A stretch of DNA of 32,000 nucleotides, taken from assembly GCA_964454125.1 (NCBI GenBank), contig CAYVSL010000009.1, forward strand, positions 38,475 through 70,474, read 5' to 3'. Below are positions 19,723 to 27,853 of this stretch, in pieces. Both the position numbers and the translations under genes were made by a program. Numbering within the stretch: position 1 is the stretch's first letter; every line of letters starts with the position of its first letter. The notes below the pieces were generated by a model. The model was not told where the DNA came from and searched no databases. It saw nothing but the letters and a program-made list of their open reading frames with translations. Source of the stretch: an uncultured Kangiella sp. (GTDB lineage Bacteria; Pseudomonadota; Gammaproteobacteria; Enterobacterales; Kangiellaceae).

Positions 19723-20559
19723 ATGAACCTCAATATATATATTAAATATCTAGTGTCTTTGTCTACTCTGGCAATCATTTGCCAGTTTGCTATTGCTTCA
19801 CAACCAGTGGTTCAAATCTTCACTAAACAACCCCAACAAGGAAGTATGATTGTTGGCCGTATGTTGGTAGACGGCGATATTTATTTTAATGATAAAAAAT
19901 TACTTTTGACAGAAACCGGTGAATTTGTTTTTGGTGTTGGTCGAGAAGCTCAACATCAAGTTCAATTAATGATCCGCTCAAATCAACAGACAATCAAATA
20001 TCCGATTGAAATTGAAAAACGCCAATGGAAAGTTGAAAAAATCGATGGCCTAGCCAATGAAAAGGTTAATCCTAAATCAAAGGAAACCCTTGTTAGAATA
20101 AAAGCCGAAGGTGAAAAAGTCCGCAAGGCAAGAGCTTCTTCTACCGGACAAAATGCGTTTTTAATGGAATTTATTAGACCTGCTAAAGGTCGAATTTCTG
20201 GTGTGTACGGAAGCCAACGAATATTAAATGGTGAAGCCAAACGACCTCATTTTGGCCTTGATATTGCCAACAAAGTAGGAACAAAAGTGCTGGCTCCAGC
20301 AGACGGTATTATCACGTTGGCTGAAAGTGACCTGTTTTTTTCAGGTGGCACCATTATTATCGATCATGGATTTGGCATTAGCACGACTTACCTACATTTG
20401 AATACTATCGAAGTAAAAGTAGGCCAGGAAATAAAACAAAAACAAAGAATTGCCACCATTGGTTCAACGGGACGCGCGACGGGGCCTCATTTAGACTGGC
20501 GATTAAATTGGTTTTCAACCCGGCTGGACCCTCAATTGCTTATTCTCGAACCTTTCTAA
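19723..20559 (+). CDS. M23-family (LytM-type) metallopeptidase, secreted
   Basis: Signal-peptide-like N-terminus. The HxxxD motif is present (PHFGLDIA). The second motif reads GPHLDW rather than the usual GPHLHF, so the second His of HxH is Asp. Confidence 0.82.
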   Translation: MNLNIYIKYLVSLSTLAIICQFAIASQPVVQIFTKQPQQGSMIVGRMLVDGDIYFNDKKLLLTETGEFVFGVGREAQHQVQLMIRSNQQTIKYPIEIEKRQWKVEKIDGLANEKVNPKSKETLVRIKAEGEKVRKARASSTGQNAFLMEFIRPAKGRISGVYGSQRILNGEAKRPHFGLDIANKVGTKVLAPADGIITLAESDLFFSGGTIIIDHGFGISTTYLHLNTIEVKVGQEIKQKQRIATIGSTGRATGPHLDWRLNWFSTRLDPQLLILEPF

Positions 20560-20581
20560 AGATGTTGAGTGTCAATAGCCT

Positions 20582-22990
20582 ATGAGGTTGTTCGCTAGAC
20601 AGTTTGATTTACTTCTAGTGATCGTTTTTATCTTTTTATTTACTTTTCATTTCGAGTCGATGAATGAATTTAAGTTAAAATTGGTACCGACTCAGGTGTA
20701 CACCTTTAATCTGACCATGACCTATCAAAGTGATGATTCAGATATCAATATTCGCACTTATATCCCCGAAGAAAATGAAAGGCAAAAAATTTTAAACGAG
20801 CAGATTATCAGTAATGGCCTCGAATATCTTGCAACCAATGAACTGAGTGGAAAAAAAGCTAACTGGAGCGGTTTTAGCGCGAGTCAACAGCTGGCTTTTC
20901 GATATGTGCTTTCACTCCAAGCGATTAAGTACAATTTAAGCTCGTCATTAATTATACCCAATCAATATAATCAGGAGTTGTCTCTTTATCTGGCTGCTAC
21001 GGATGCCATTCAAGTTAATCATCCTGAAATTAAAGCTTTGTGGCAACTGATCAAACCGAATGATCGTCGTAATTTACTCAGTGTTTTAAGGACTATATAC
21101 CAATATACCTATTTGCAAATTAAGTCGGCACCTTTTAAAGGCGTGACGGACGCGTTGACCGCACACCGTTTGAATACTGCCAGTTGCAATGGTAAAAGCC
21201 GGTTGTTCATTGCGCTTGCTCGGTTAAATAATATTCCCGCCAGGCTGGTAGGCGGCGTTATCCTCAATGGTATAAACAAAAAAACTTCCCATCAATGGTT
21301 AGAGGTTTATGTACAAAATCAGTGGATCCCATTCGGACCGACCAATGGTAATTTTGCAGAACTCCCCGCTAATTATTTGGAGCTTTATCGCGGCGATGAA
21401 AATCTATTTAGGCATACAGTCGATATTAACTTCGACTATCAGTTTTCCTCTCAACAAAGCTTAGTTGCATCAGCCGTTTATAATCATCAAGAAATAACGG
21501 TTAAAAATAATGTTGATATCACCGGATTATTACTAACTATGGGATTAGAACCGAAAACTATCGGATTATTTTTATTATTTCCTATTTGTACATTGTTGAT
21601 TACATTCTTAAGAAATTTAGTTGGAATAAAAACATTCGGTATTTTTTTGCCTATGCTAATCTCTGCGGCTTGTATTTTTATTGGTTACTTAAAAGGGGTG
21701 GGTGGTTTCGCCTTTATTTTGTTAACTAGTTTTATTGCTTATCATTTTTTGGATAAGTTAAAATTACTCAAAGTGCCACGTTTAGCGGCTATTATTACCA
21801 TCAATACTATTATCTTTGTTCTTGGTTTGTTATTTGTAGGTGCTAGCAATCGATTGGAATTTGGTATGCTTTCGCTTTTTCCTGTGATTATTATTAGTTT
21901 TATTGCAGAAAAAATCCATCGAATAACAGAGGAAAGGGATTGGCAGGAATTATTCAACCGAATTTTTGGAACGATCTTATCTATTACAGGTTGTTATTTA
22001 TTGCTTGCTTCATTTATGTTGCAGGGGTTGTTTTCCTATTACCCTGAGAGCTTTTTATTAGTGCTGGCAGGGCAGATATATATTGGTCGTTGGACAGGGA
22101 TTAGAATTAGTGAAATGTTTCGCTTTAAGAAAATTCTAACCAATTCAGATTATCCCGTTATTGGGATTAATAGCCGTAACAAGGAGTTTATTTACCCGCT
22201 AAATGATAAAGTTCTGCTTGATCTGGCGACTGATAAATTGGCGACTAAGGTTCGTTTGATTGAATATGGTGTGCCGGTACCAAAAACGATTTGTTATGTC
22301 GACAAGCTTTCAAAAATTGATTCTATCACGCAAAATATATTACGCCCGGAAGGTTTTGCTCTTAAACCCAATCAAGGTTCGCAAGGCAATGGCATAATAA
22401 TAATAAAGTCTTATCAAAACGGTATTTTTAATACGGCATCAAACAAACAGCTATCACTCAATGATATAAAAAGGCATTGCCAAGAAATCCTCGCGGGAAG
22501 CTTTTCTCAAACGGGAGAGGAGGATGTAGCTTATTTTGAACCATTGATCCTACAGTCGGAAATGCTACAAAAAATATCTCCTTTTGGTCTTTGCGATATA
22601 CGAGTTATTTTATGCAAAAGTAAAGTTATTAGTGCAATGCTGCGGATGCCCACTCAAAATTCATCAGGCAAGGCCAATTTACACCAAGGCGCCATTGGTA
22701 TAGGCGTCAATATTGAAACAGGAGTTACACAAACCGCTAAAAACAAGAAAAAAAATATTGAAAACCATCCAGATACTCAAGAACCTTTGATCGGTTTTCA
22801 AATTCCTTTTTGGCAAGAAATAATCGATATCTCAAAAGTTTGTCAAGAGGCTGTTCCGTTAGGGTATATTGGTGTTGATATTTGTCTGGACCGCCATCTT
22901 GGTCCATTGGTATTAGAGGTTAACGGCAGACCGGGCATTGAAATTCAGAACATTCAGGAAAGAGGGTTTTATCATGAACTCTCCCAGTGA
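20582..22990 (+). CDS. fusion protein: N-terminal anchor + periplasmic transglutaminase-like domain + 7-TM module + cytoplasmic RimK-related ATP-grasp (alpha-L-glutamate-ligase-like)
   Basis: Transglutaminase-core-like segment ASCNGKSRLFIALARLNNIPARLVGGV...SHQWLEVY...WIPFGPT (aa ~190-255). Seven hydrophobic helices by eye (aa ~325-505). The C-terminal ~280 aa resemble the glutamate-ligase-like ATP-grasp family (VIGINSRNKEFIYPLNDK, LKPNQGSQGNGI, DIRVIL, GKANLHQGA, LEVNGRPG). Confidence 0.8.
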   Translation: MRLFARQFDLLLVIVFIFLFTFHFESMNEFKLKLVPTQVYTFNLTMTYQSDDSDINIRTYIPEENERQKILNEQIISNGLEYLATNELSGKKANWSGFSASQQLAFRYVLSLQAIKYNLSSSLIIPNQYNQELSLYLAATDAIQVNHPEIKALWQLIKPNDRRNLLSVLRTIYQYTYLQIKSAPFKGVTDALTAHRLNTASCNGKSRLFIALARLNNIPARLVGGVILNGINKKTSHQWLEVYVQNQWIPFGPTNGNFAELPANYLELYRGDENLFRHTVDINFDYQFSSQQSLVASAVYNHQEITVKNNVDITGLLLTMGLEPKTIGLFLLFPICTLLITFLRNLVGIKTFGIFLPMLISAACIFIGYLKGVGGFAFILLTSFIAYHFLDKLKLLKVPRLAAIITINTIIFVLGLLFVGASNRLEFGMLSLFPVIIISFIAEKIHRITEERDWQELFNRIFGTILSITGCYLLLASFMLQGLFSYYPESFLLVLAGQIYIGRWTGIRISEMFRFKKILTNSDYPVIGINSRNKEFIYPLNDKVLLDLATDKLATKVRLIEYGVPVPKTICYVDKLSKIDSITQNILRPEGFALKPNQGSQGNGIIIIKSYQNGIFNTASNKQLSLNDIKRHCQEILAGSFSQTGEEDVAYFEPLILQSEMLQKISPFGLCDIRVILCKSKVISAMLRMPTQNSSGKANLHQGAIGIGVNIETGVTQTAKNKKKNIENHPDTQEPLIGFQIPFWQEIIDISKVCQEAVPLGYIGVDICLDRHLGPLVLEVNGRPGIEIQNIQERGFYHELSQ

Positions 22991-24896
22991 AGATCAAAAA
23001 AAAATAAACCCTGATCTACAGCATAAAATGAAACTGGCCAACGCATTACCGATCACCATTATTTTCATTGGACTGGCGACTACCGGTTGGTTGTTTGAAA
23101 GCGAATTGAAAGCAACATATTCCAACACGATCGCGATTAATTTATTGCCCAATAGTAAGGAAAATAACGAAGAAGAAATCGTACAGGAAATAGGTGAGGT
23201 AAATGATAGGACCAATGAGGCTGCTAGTCTACTTTATGAAATCATGATTACAGAGCGCCAAGATAGCAAAAATTCGGGTTATAGTGACTTGCTTTCTCAT
23301 TTATCGGATGCTGAAAAATTGATGGCAAAAACTATAGCGGTTAAGCGATTGAAATCTAATCGATATTATGAGCAAGCTTTAGAGATATTGGTTGGCATGA
23401 CTCAGAAACAACAAGAGTCCCAACAGCTTATTTTTTCTAAGGCATATGTTTTGGCTAAATTAGGTGATCGCTCTGCTGCAATTATAAGTTATGAATATTT
23501 ACTTTCACTACAGAAAAACCACCAAGCCGCGAATATAAACTTGGGATTGTTGTATTTGGCACAAGGCGAGATGAAAAAGGCTGAACAAATTTTTAATCGA
23601 GGTGTTTTGCAAACCGCAGGCCTTAAAAAAGCAAAAAATTATTTTGGTTTAGGTGATGCATATCTGCAACAGAAAAATTATCCTTTAGCGCTTGATAGTT
23701 ACACAAAGGCTATCGAGTACTTTCCAGCTTATGCACCAAGTTGGCGGCGATTAGGTAAGGTTGCAAGGATTATGGATAATCATAAACTGGCTTTAGATGG
23801 TTATCATAACTCCATTTCTCTTGACAAAAACAATATTAAAACTAGGATGGAGTTCGCTGACTACTTAAATAGCCGTTTGCAATACGAAAAGGCTATAGAT
23901 CAACTAAAAAATGCCAAGAGAATTGATCGGGAAAGTTTTTCTATCCGATTGAACTTGGCGTTTAGTTTTTTGCGAGCAGGTAAACCGATCAATGCCAAAA
24001 AACAGCTTAACCTAGCAAAAAGAAATATTCAAAATGAAACGCAAAAAAGACAAAGTGAGGCAATACAAAAATACCTAGTAGAGAGATATTCGGAAACAAT
24101 AAAAATACTGAAGGGAAATATAAAAAAAGGAAGTAATAATGACTTTGAATATTACTTACTCGCGCTCAGTTATACATCACTTAAAAAATATAATGTTGCC
24201 CAAAAATATATTGAAGAGATCGCTTTAGATTCCGATTATTATTATCAAGGCAGATATTTACTAGCCAAATCCCTTCTCGACAATGAACAATTTGCCGAGT
24301 CTGTTGAAGTTTTTCGCACCATTACATCAACAATTGATGATAATTTCATTGTTTTGAACCAGGCTTCCAAAGCAGAGCAGATGTCAAAAAACTATCAACA
24401 AGCTATCGAGCTGGTTAATATAGCGTTGAAGCTAAGGAAAGACCGAAAATTGCTTCTGCGAAGAGCTGATCTTTATTGGGTGTTAGGTAAGCAAAATGCC
24501 GCCATTGAGCAATTGAAGAAAATTGTACAAGATTATCCCCGTTATTTGCGAGCAATTTACCACCTGTCCAGCTATAATCACCAACTAAACAATCGTTCGG
24601 AAGCCATAGACGGTTTCGAAAAGCTGCTGGAAAAGCGTGCAAGCTACGGTGACGCACAATATCAGTTGGCGGTAATTTTCTTTGAACAGTCCGATTTTCT
24701 ATTAAGTCAGGATTTATTGGCCGCTTATTTGCTGAAAAAACCTGACTCCAAACGAACTAGACTGCTATATGCTCGTACGTTTTGTGAAACCGGTCAATCT
24801 CAAGCATGCAAAGAACAGTTAGAATTAGTACTCAAGATAGCGCCTGGTTACCAGCCCGCGCTAGAATTACAACAATCAATTGATTATTTAGATTAA
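22974..24896 (+). CDS. membrane-anchored TPR-repeat protein (~640 aa)
   Basis: The preferred start is the ATG at 22974 (AAGAGGG upstream), which overlaps the preceding gene by 17 nt. There is one N-terminal hydrophobic helix (LPITIIFIGLATTGWLF). Many 34-aa TPR-like repeats follow (e.g. AYVLAKLGDRSAAIISYEYLLSLQKNHQAA, GLGDAYLQQKNYPLALDSYTKAIEYFPAYA). Confidence 0.8.
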   Translation: MNSPSEDQKKINPDLQHKMKLANALPITIIFIGLATTGWLFESELKATYSNTIAINLLPNSKENNEEEIVQEIGEVNDRTNEAASLLYEIMITERQDSKNSGYSDLLSHLSDAEKLMAKTIAVKRLKSNRYYEQALEILVGMTQKQQESQQLIFSKAYVLAKLGDRSAAIISYEYLLSLQKNHQAANINLGLLYLAQGEMKKAEQIFNRGVLQTAGLKKAKNYFGLGDAYLQQKNYPLALDSYTKAIEYFPAYAPSWRRLGKVARIMDNHKLALDGYHNSISLDKNNIKTRMEFADYLNSRLQYEKAIDQLKNAKRIDRESFSIRLNLAFSFLRAGKPINAKKQLNLAKRNIQNETQKRQSEAIQKYLVERYSETIKILKGNIKKGSNNDFEYYLLALSYTSLKKYNVAQKYIEEIALDSDYYYQGRYLLAKSLLDNEQFAESVEVFRTITSTIDDNFIVLNQASKAEQMSKNYQQAIELVNIALKLRKDRKLLLRRADLYWVLGKQNAAIEQLKKIVQDYPRYLRAIYHLSSYNHQLNNRSEAIDGFEKLLEKRASYGDAQYQLAVIFFEQSDFLLSQDLLAAYLLKKPDSKRTRLLYARTFCETGQSQACKEQLELVLKIAPGYQPALELQQSIDYLD

Positions 24897-24947
24897 TTCA
24901 GGAATTAAGTGGACAATTTATGAAGTTACTAAAGGCTACCCCATTAC

Positions 24948-26084
24948 ATGGTTAATTTTCGTAAATTGTTGATTTTGGCTTTAATCGCTAGCCCTTCGGT
25001 TGTTATTGCTTCAGATAACGAATCGGTCAATGCGACAGTTGTGTATGGTTTGGATACTAATCCACACCAGTTGTCCAGCGGACTGATGCCTGTCGAACAA
25101 AAATTTGTTGCGGGCGAATTTAAATTGCGCAGTGATATATATAAAACCTTCTATTTTAGCGCCAAAGCAGAAAAATCGGTTTATTTTGATGACGCCAGAG
25201 CCGATCAACTTAATGCTTCTGCCAATTTGGCATTAAAATCAGATTTTAAGATATTTAAACAAAAGTTTAAATACAAGATTGCTGCGAACTATCGCGCTAA
25301 AGACAAGACCTACGTAAGTAAAACAACGGGGTTAGTGGCAACCTTTGGTGGACGATCGATTGCTGATCGTTATGATTCTACTCAAATTAATTATCTAGGT
25401 GAGCTCTCTTATAAACTTCATAAATTCCTCAAGTTGGATATTTCTTATCAATCCAGAGAAAAAATATACCAAGACTATGATATAGCCGGTCTCAGTAATT
25501 TGGACTACGCTCAGCAATTTGTTCAACTAGGAATGCAGTATAAGGCTTCTGACGTAGGACGGTTTTATCTCAATCTAGCGGTCAAACAGCGCGAATATAT
25601 AGACAAACGGATCAAAGACCTAGAAGGCATAGACATCGCTGCTACTGATTTAATTTATGACTACCATACGGTTAATATTGGTTATATTTTTCGACCCGGC
25701 AAGGATATTCGCTGGAAATTTGCCTACAACTACGAAGATCGTGCCGATAATGGCTTAGGATATTTCAATGCAAACAGTGGATATCTGTCGATCGCTGGCA
25801 AATACCGTTTTGGCAATTACCATTTTTTAAAAAGCCGGGTAAAATATTCACAGTTTTCCTTTGTGAATCAACTCGATCAAGGCGAAGATCCATTAGATGA
25901 AGAAGCCAAAGAAAAACAAGGTGTGTCCTTGATGGTAGGGTATGAATGGGTGGTTGCTACCTTGTTTGATTCAAATTTTGCTGTTTATCTTGAACTTGAG
26001 TATTCCAATTTTGACAATACCAACACCATTTATACCTATGAGAGAAGCATGGCATCAATTGGTATACGTTGGTCAGCTTTTTAA
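24948..26084 (+). CDS. predicted outer-membrane beta-barrel protein
   Basis: Signal peptide MVNFRKLLILALIASPSVVIASD. The sequence shows an alternating aromatic/hydrophilic strand pattern and is rich in Y/F/N/D. The C-terminal ...GIRWSAF ends in Phe, as in OMP beta-signals. Confidence 0.62.
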   Translation: MVNFRKLLILALIASPSVVIASDNESVNATVVYGLDTNPHQLSSGLMPVEQKFVAGEFKLRSDIYKTFYFSAKAEKSVYFDDARADQLNASANLALKSDFKIFKQKFKYKIAANYRAKDKTYVSKTTGLVATFGGRSIADRYDSTQINYLGELSYKLHKFLKLDISYQSREKIYQDYDIAGLSNLDYAQQFVQLGMQYKASDVGRFYLNLAVKQREYIDKRIKDLEGIDIAATDLIYDYHTVNIGYIFRPGKDIRWKFAYNYEDRADNGLGYFNANSGYLSIAGKYRFGNYHFLKSRVKYSQFSFVNQLDQGEDPLDEEAKEKQGVSLMVGYEWVVATLFDSNFAVYLELEYSNFDNTNTIYTYERSMASIGIRWSAF

Positions 26085-26093
26085 GATATTGAT

Positions 26094-26121
26094 TTGATTC
26101 AATGACATTTTAGTTTATTAT
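26094..26121 (+). promoter_or_regulatory. candidate promoter of tRNA-Arg (TTGATT-16-TATTAT, then GCGC)
   Basis: The hexamers and spacing were read directly from the sequence, with a GC-rich discriminator after the -10. It lies ~55 nt upstream of the mature tRNA 5' end. Confidence 0.4.
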
Positions 26122-26176
26122 GCGCACTGCTTTTTCTAGCATACTCATTTAAATCAGGATTGTAGCAAATTAATAG

Positions 26177-26253
<77 letters not shown>

Positions 26254-26257
26254 TATT

Positions 26258-26292
26258 AAAGGCTTTCAGCCTTATTCACATTTTTTCTCATA
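26258..26292 (+). terminator. small hairpin plus T-tract after tRNA-Arg
   Basis: AAGGCT-TTC-AGCCTT stem-loop at 26259-26273, followed within ~10 nt by TTTTTT. Confidence 0.45.
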
Positions 26293-26425
26293 CTTATCTT
26301 AGTGCTCTAAAATAGCAATTGAAGATAAACTGTTTTATAGATTACTACCTATCCCCAAACTATCGATCAAACTGGGATGTGCGGTCATAACATCTGCTCA
26401 ACAATACTGCTGAATTAGAATCTAA

Positions 26426-26707
26426 ATGAAAGAACTTCACGAATTATTAGACCAAGTAAAAGACTCAAAGACATTCATCATATTTGCGAAAGCATTGCAA
26501 GATGATCGTGAGCCCCATGAAGATAGAGAATCTGATGATGTGGGATTTTGCGGTGACTGGGCGAACAACGATATCTGGGGTTTTTTGGAAGCAGGAATTT
26601 CTTGGGCTGAATCTTCAAAGTTTGGAGAGAACACAGAACAGAATATTGGCGACAATCCATGGAAGCAGTTTGCTACTTTCTTGTATTGTGGAAAAACTTA
26701 TGAATAA
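26426..26707 (+). CDS. small hypothetical protein (93 aa)
   Basis: Intact ORF just downstream of tRNA-Arg. It is acidic and Trp-rich (WANNDIWGFLEAGISWAES...NPWKQFATFLYCGKTYE). No function could be assigned by eye. Confidence 0.5.
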   Translation: MKELHELLDQVKDSKTFIIFAKALQDDREPHEDRESDDVGFCGDWANNDIWGFLEAGISWAESSKFGENTEQNIGDNPWKQFATFLYCGKTYE

Positions 26708-27089
26708 CTTTCCATCTGAAATAGAAATGCAGTCTCTTATCGAAAAAGAAATTTGTTCGATGGATTCTGGACTTAAGAAATATGCTAGCTCAATTCTCAT
26801 TCCATTAAAGAGAAAAAAACTAAAATGGGAGTACGGGAATGATGAGGAGTTTACTTCTTGGATTTTTGCTGACTTTGGAGAGCGTAATGTTGCTGCAGCT
26901 TATTGTTTAGGCGGGCATGGCGAGAATGGGAATTCTTGGGGATTGATATTCACAAACGATGATTCCTTCGGTATGGATGCGACGAAGCCATTAAAGTACA
27001 AAGAATCCTTGATAGGTTTTATCCGTATTTTGGCTTTGATAAGATTAATTCAACTTACACATATATTAACGAGAACTAATCAATTGTAG
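26700..27089 (+). CDS. small hypothetical protein (~129 aa), possibly frameshifted near its 3' end
   Basis: The ATG at 26700 overlaps the previous stop by 8 nt. The upstream part of the 201-aa ORF-track entry overlaps 26426-26707 out of frame and is discounted. After ...SFGMDA another frame (...DEAIKVQRILDRFYPYFGFDKINSTYTYINEN) also reads protein-like, so the true 3' end is uncertain. Confidence 0.4.
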   Translation: MNNFPSEIEMQSLIEKEICSMDSGLKKYASSILIPLKRKKLKWEYGNDEEFTSWIFADFGERNVAAAYCLGGHGENGNSWGLIFTNDDSFGMDATKPLKYKESLIGFIRILALIRLIQLTHILTRTNQL

Positions 27090-27379
27090 ATGACAAAAAA
27101 GACGATCAATAGAACATGTGACCTAAAAAGGGTCGTATTCAAATAGTCGATTTTTAGACATTAAGTGATCATGCAAAACTGTAATATTCATAAAGTGTGG
27201 TCACGTTTTGGTCACAAATGGCAAATCAAAGGATTTAGCAACGCTAAAAATAGACGTTTTTTTGGTCAAAATTCAGACTGAGATCGAGCAATTGTCGATG
27301 TGTAATATTGACCGATAAAAATTAACAATGAAGGAGAAATTGAAGCAAAAACAGAGCTAAAAAAGGAAGAAATTTATAA

Positions 27380-27403
27380 TGGTGCCCGGGGCCGGAGTCA
27401 AAA
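27380..27403 (-). other. tRNA 3'-end-like fragment (att-type scar)
   Basis: The reverse complement TTTTGACT-CCGGC-CCCGGGC-A-CCA parses as T-loop end, T-stem 3' strand, 7-nt acceptor 3' strand, discriminator A and CCA. No 5' half of a tRNA is present. The acceptor GCCCGGG resembles tRNA-Phe-type genes. Confidence 0.5.
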
Positions 27404-27853
27404 TAGCGAATAGATTCAGTAACTTATAGAGCCTCAGTCGTAGTATAGTCGCAATGAAAGTGAGATTGTGCCAGCTCAGCGCCGACAGCACATTGTACAA
27501 TGAAAACGCTTATCAATTCAATGTTGCTTGGGAATCGAACCCGTGTTAACAAGTAACTCTACTTTTTTATCGAATTTTTTATATTTAGCGAATTGATTGA
27601 ATAATTCTAAATAAGCATTTAGCATGTCTTATCATAATAAAATAAGTGCTTTCGACGCAAAGCGGACATCGAGTTTTTATTCTGACCTTAGAATAATTAG
27701 TGAATTTAATACAAGGAGTTCTATTCTAATGAGCCACACTTTCAAAGTATGCCAACGACCTCAGATTCTGCTTAAAATCCTAGCCAATATTGGTATGATG
27801 ACTAGGGTTTGGATGAAAAATATTTGCCGCATCAAAACTGTGAGCACAGAATA

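Noticed and set aside
22938-22973. An upstream start for the TPR gene (53-nt overlap with the fusion gene).
   Set aside because: The ATG at 22974 has an AAGAGGG Shine-Dalgarno at suitable spacing and gives a shorter 17-nt overlap.
26484-26699. The N-terminal 72 codons of the 201-aa ORF.
   Set aside because: They overlap the 93-aa ORF in a different frame, with an implausible translation. An internal ATG at 26700, coupled to the upstream stop, is the more likely start.
27198-27268. TGGTCAC repeated with 11-bp spacing (27198-27204, 27209-27215), plus a TGGTCA at 27263-27268.
   Set aside because: The repeats are short, there are only two full copies, and there is no adjacent regulator or replication gene. 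This is not enough to call iterons or an operator.
27809-27853. A TTG start extending the ATPase by 15 codons (the ORF-track start).
   Set aside because: The ATG at 27854 is the first canonical start, and the extension (MDEKYLPHQNCEHRI) has no supporting signal. Neither start has a good Shine-Dalgarno, so this remains uncertain.
27090-27853. The possibility that the long non-coding leader upstream of the ATPase-HNH pair encodes a retron msr/msd or other defence ncRNA.
   Set aside because: There is no reverse transcriptase ORF anywhere nearby, and I could not identify flanking inverted repeats or a stable structure by eye. The region is better explained by att/tRNA scars.
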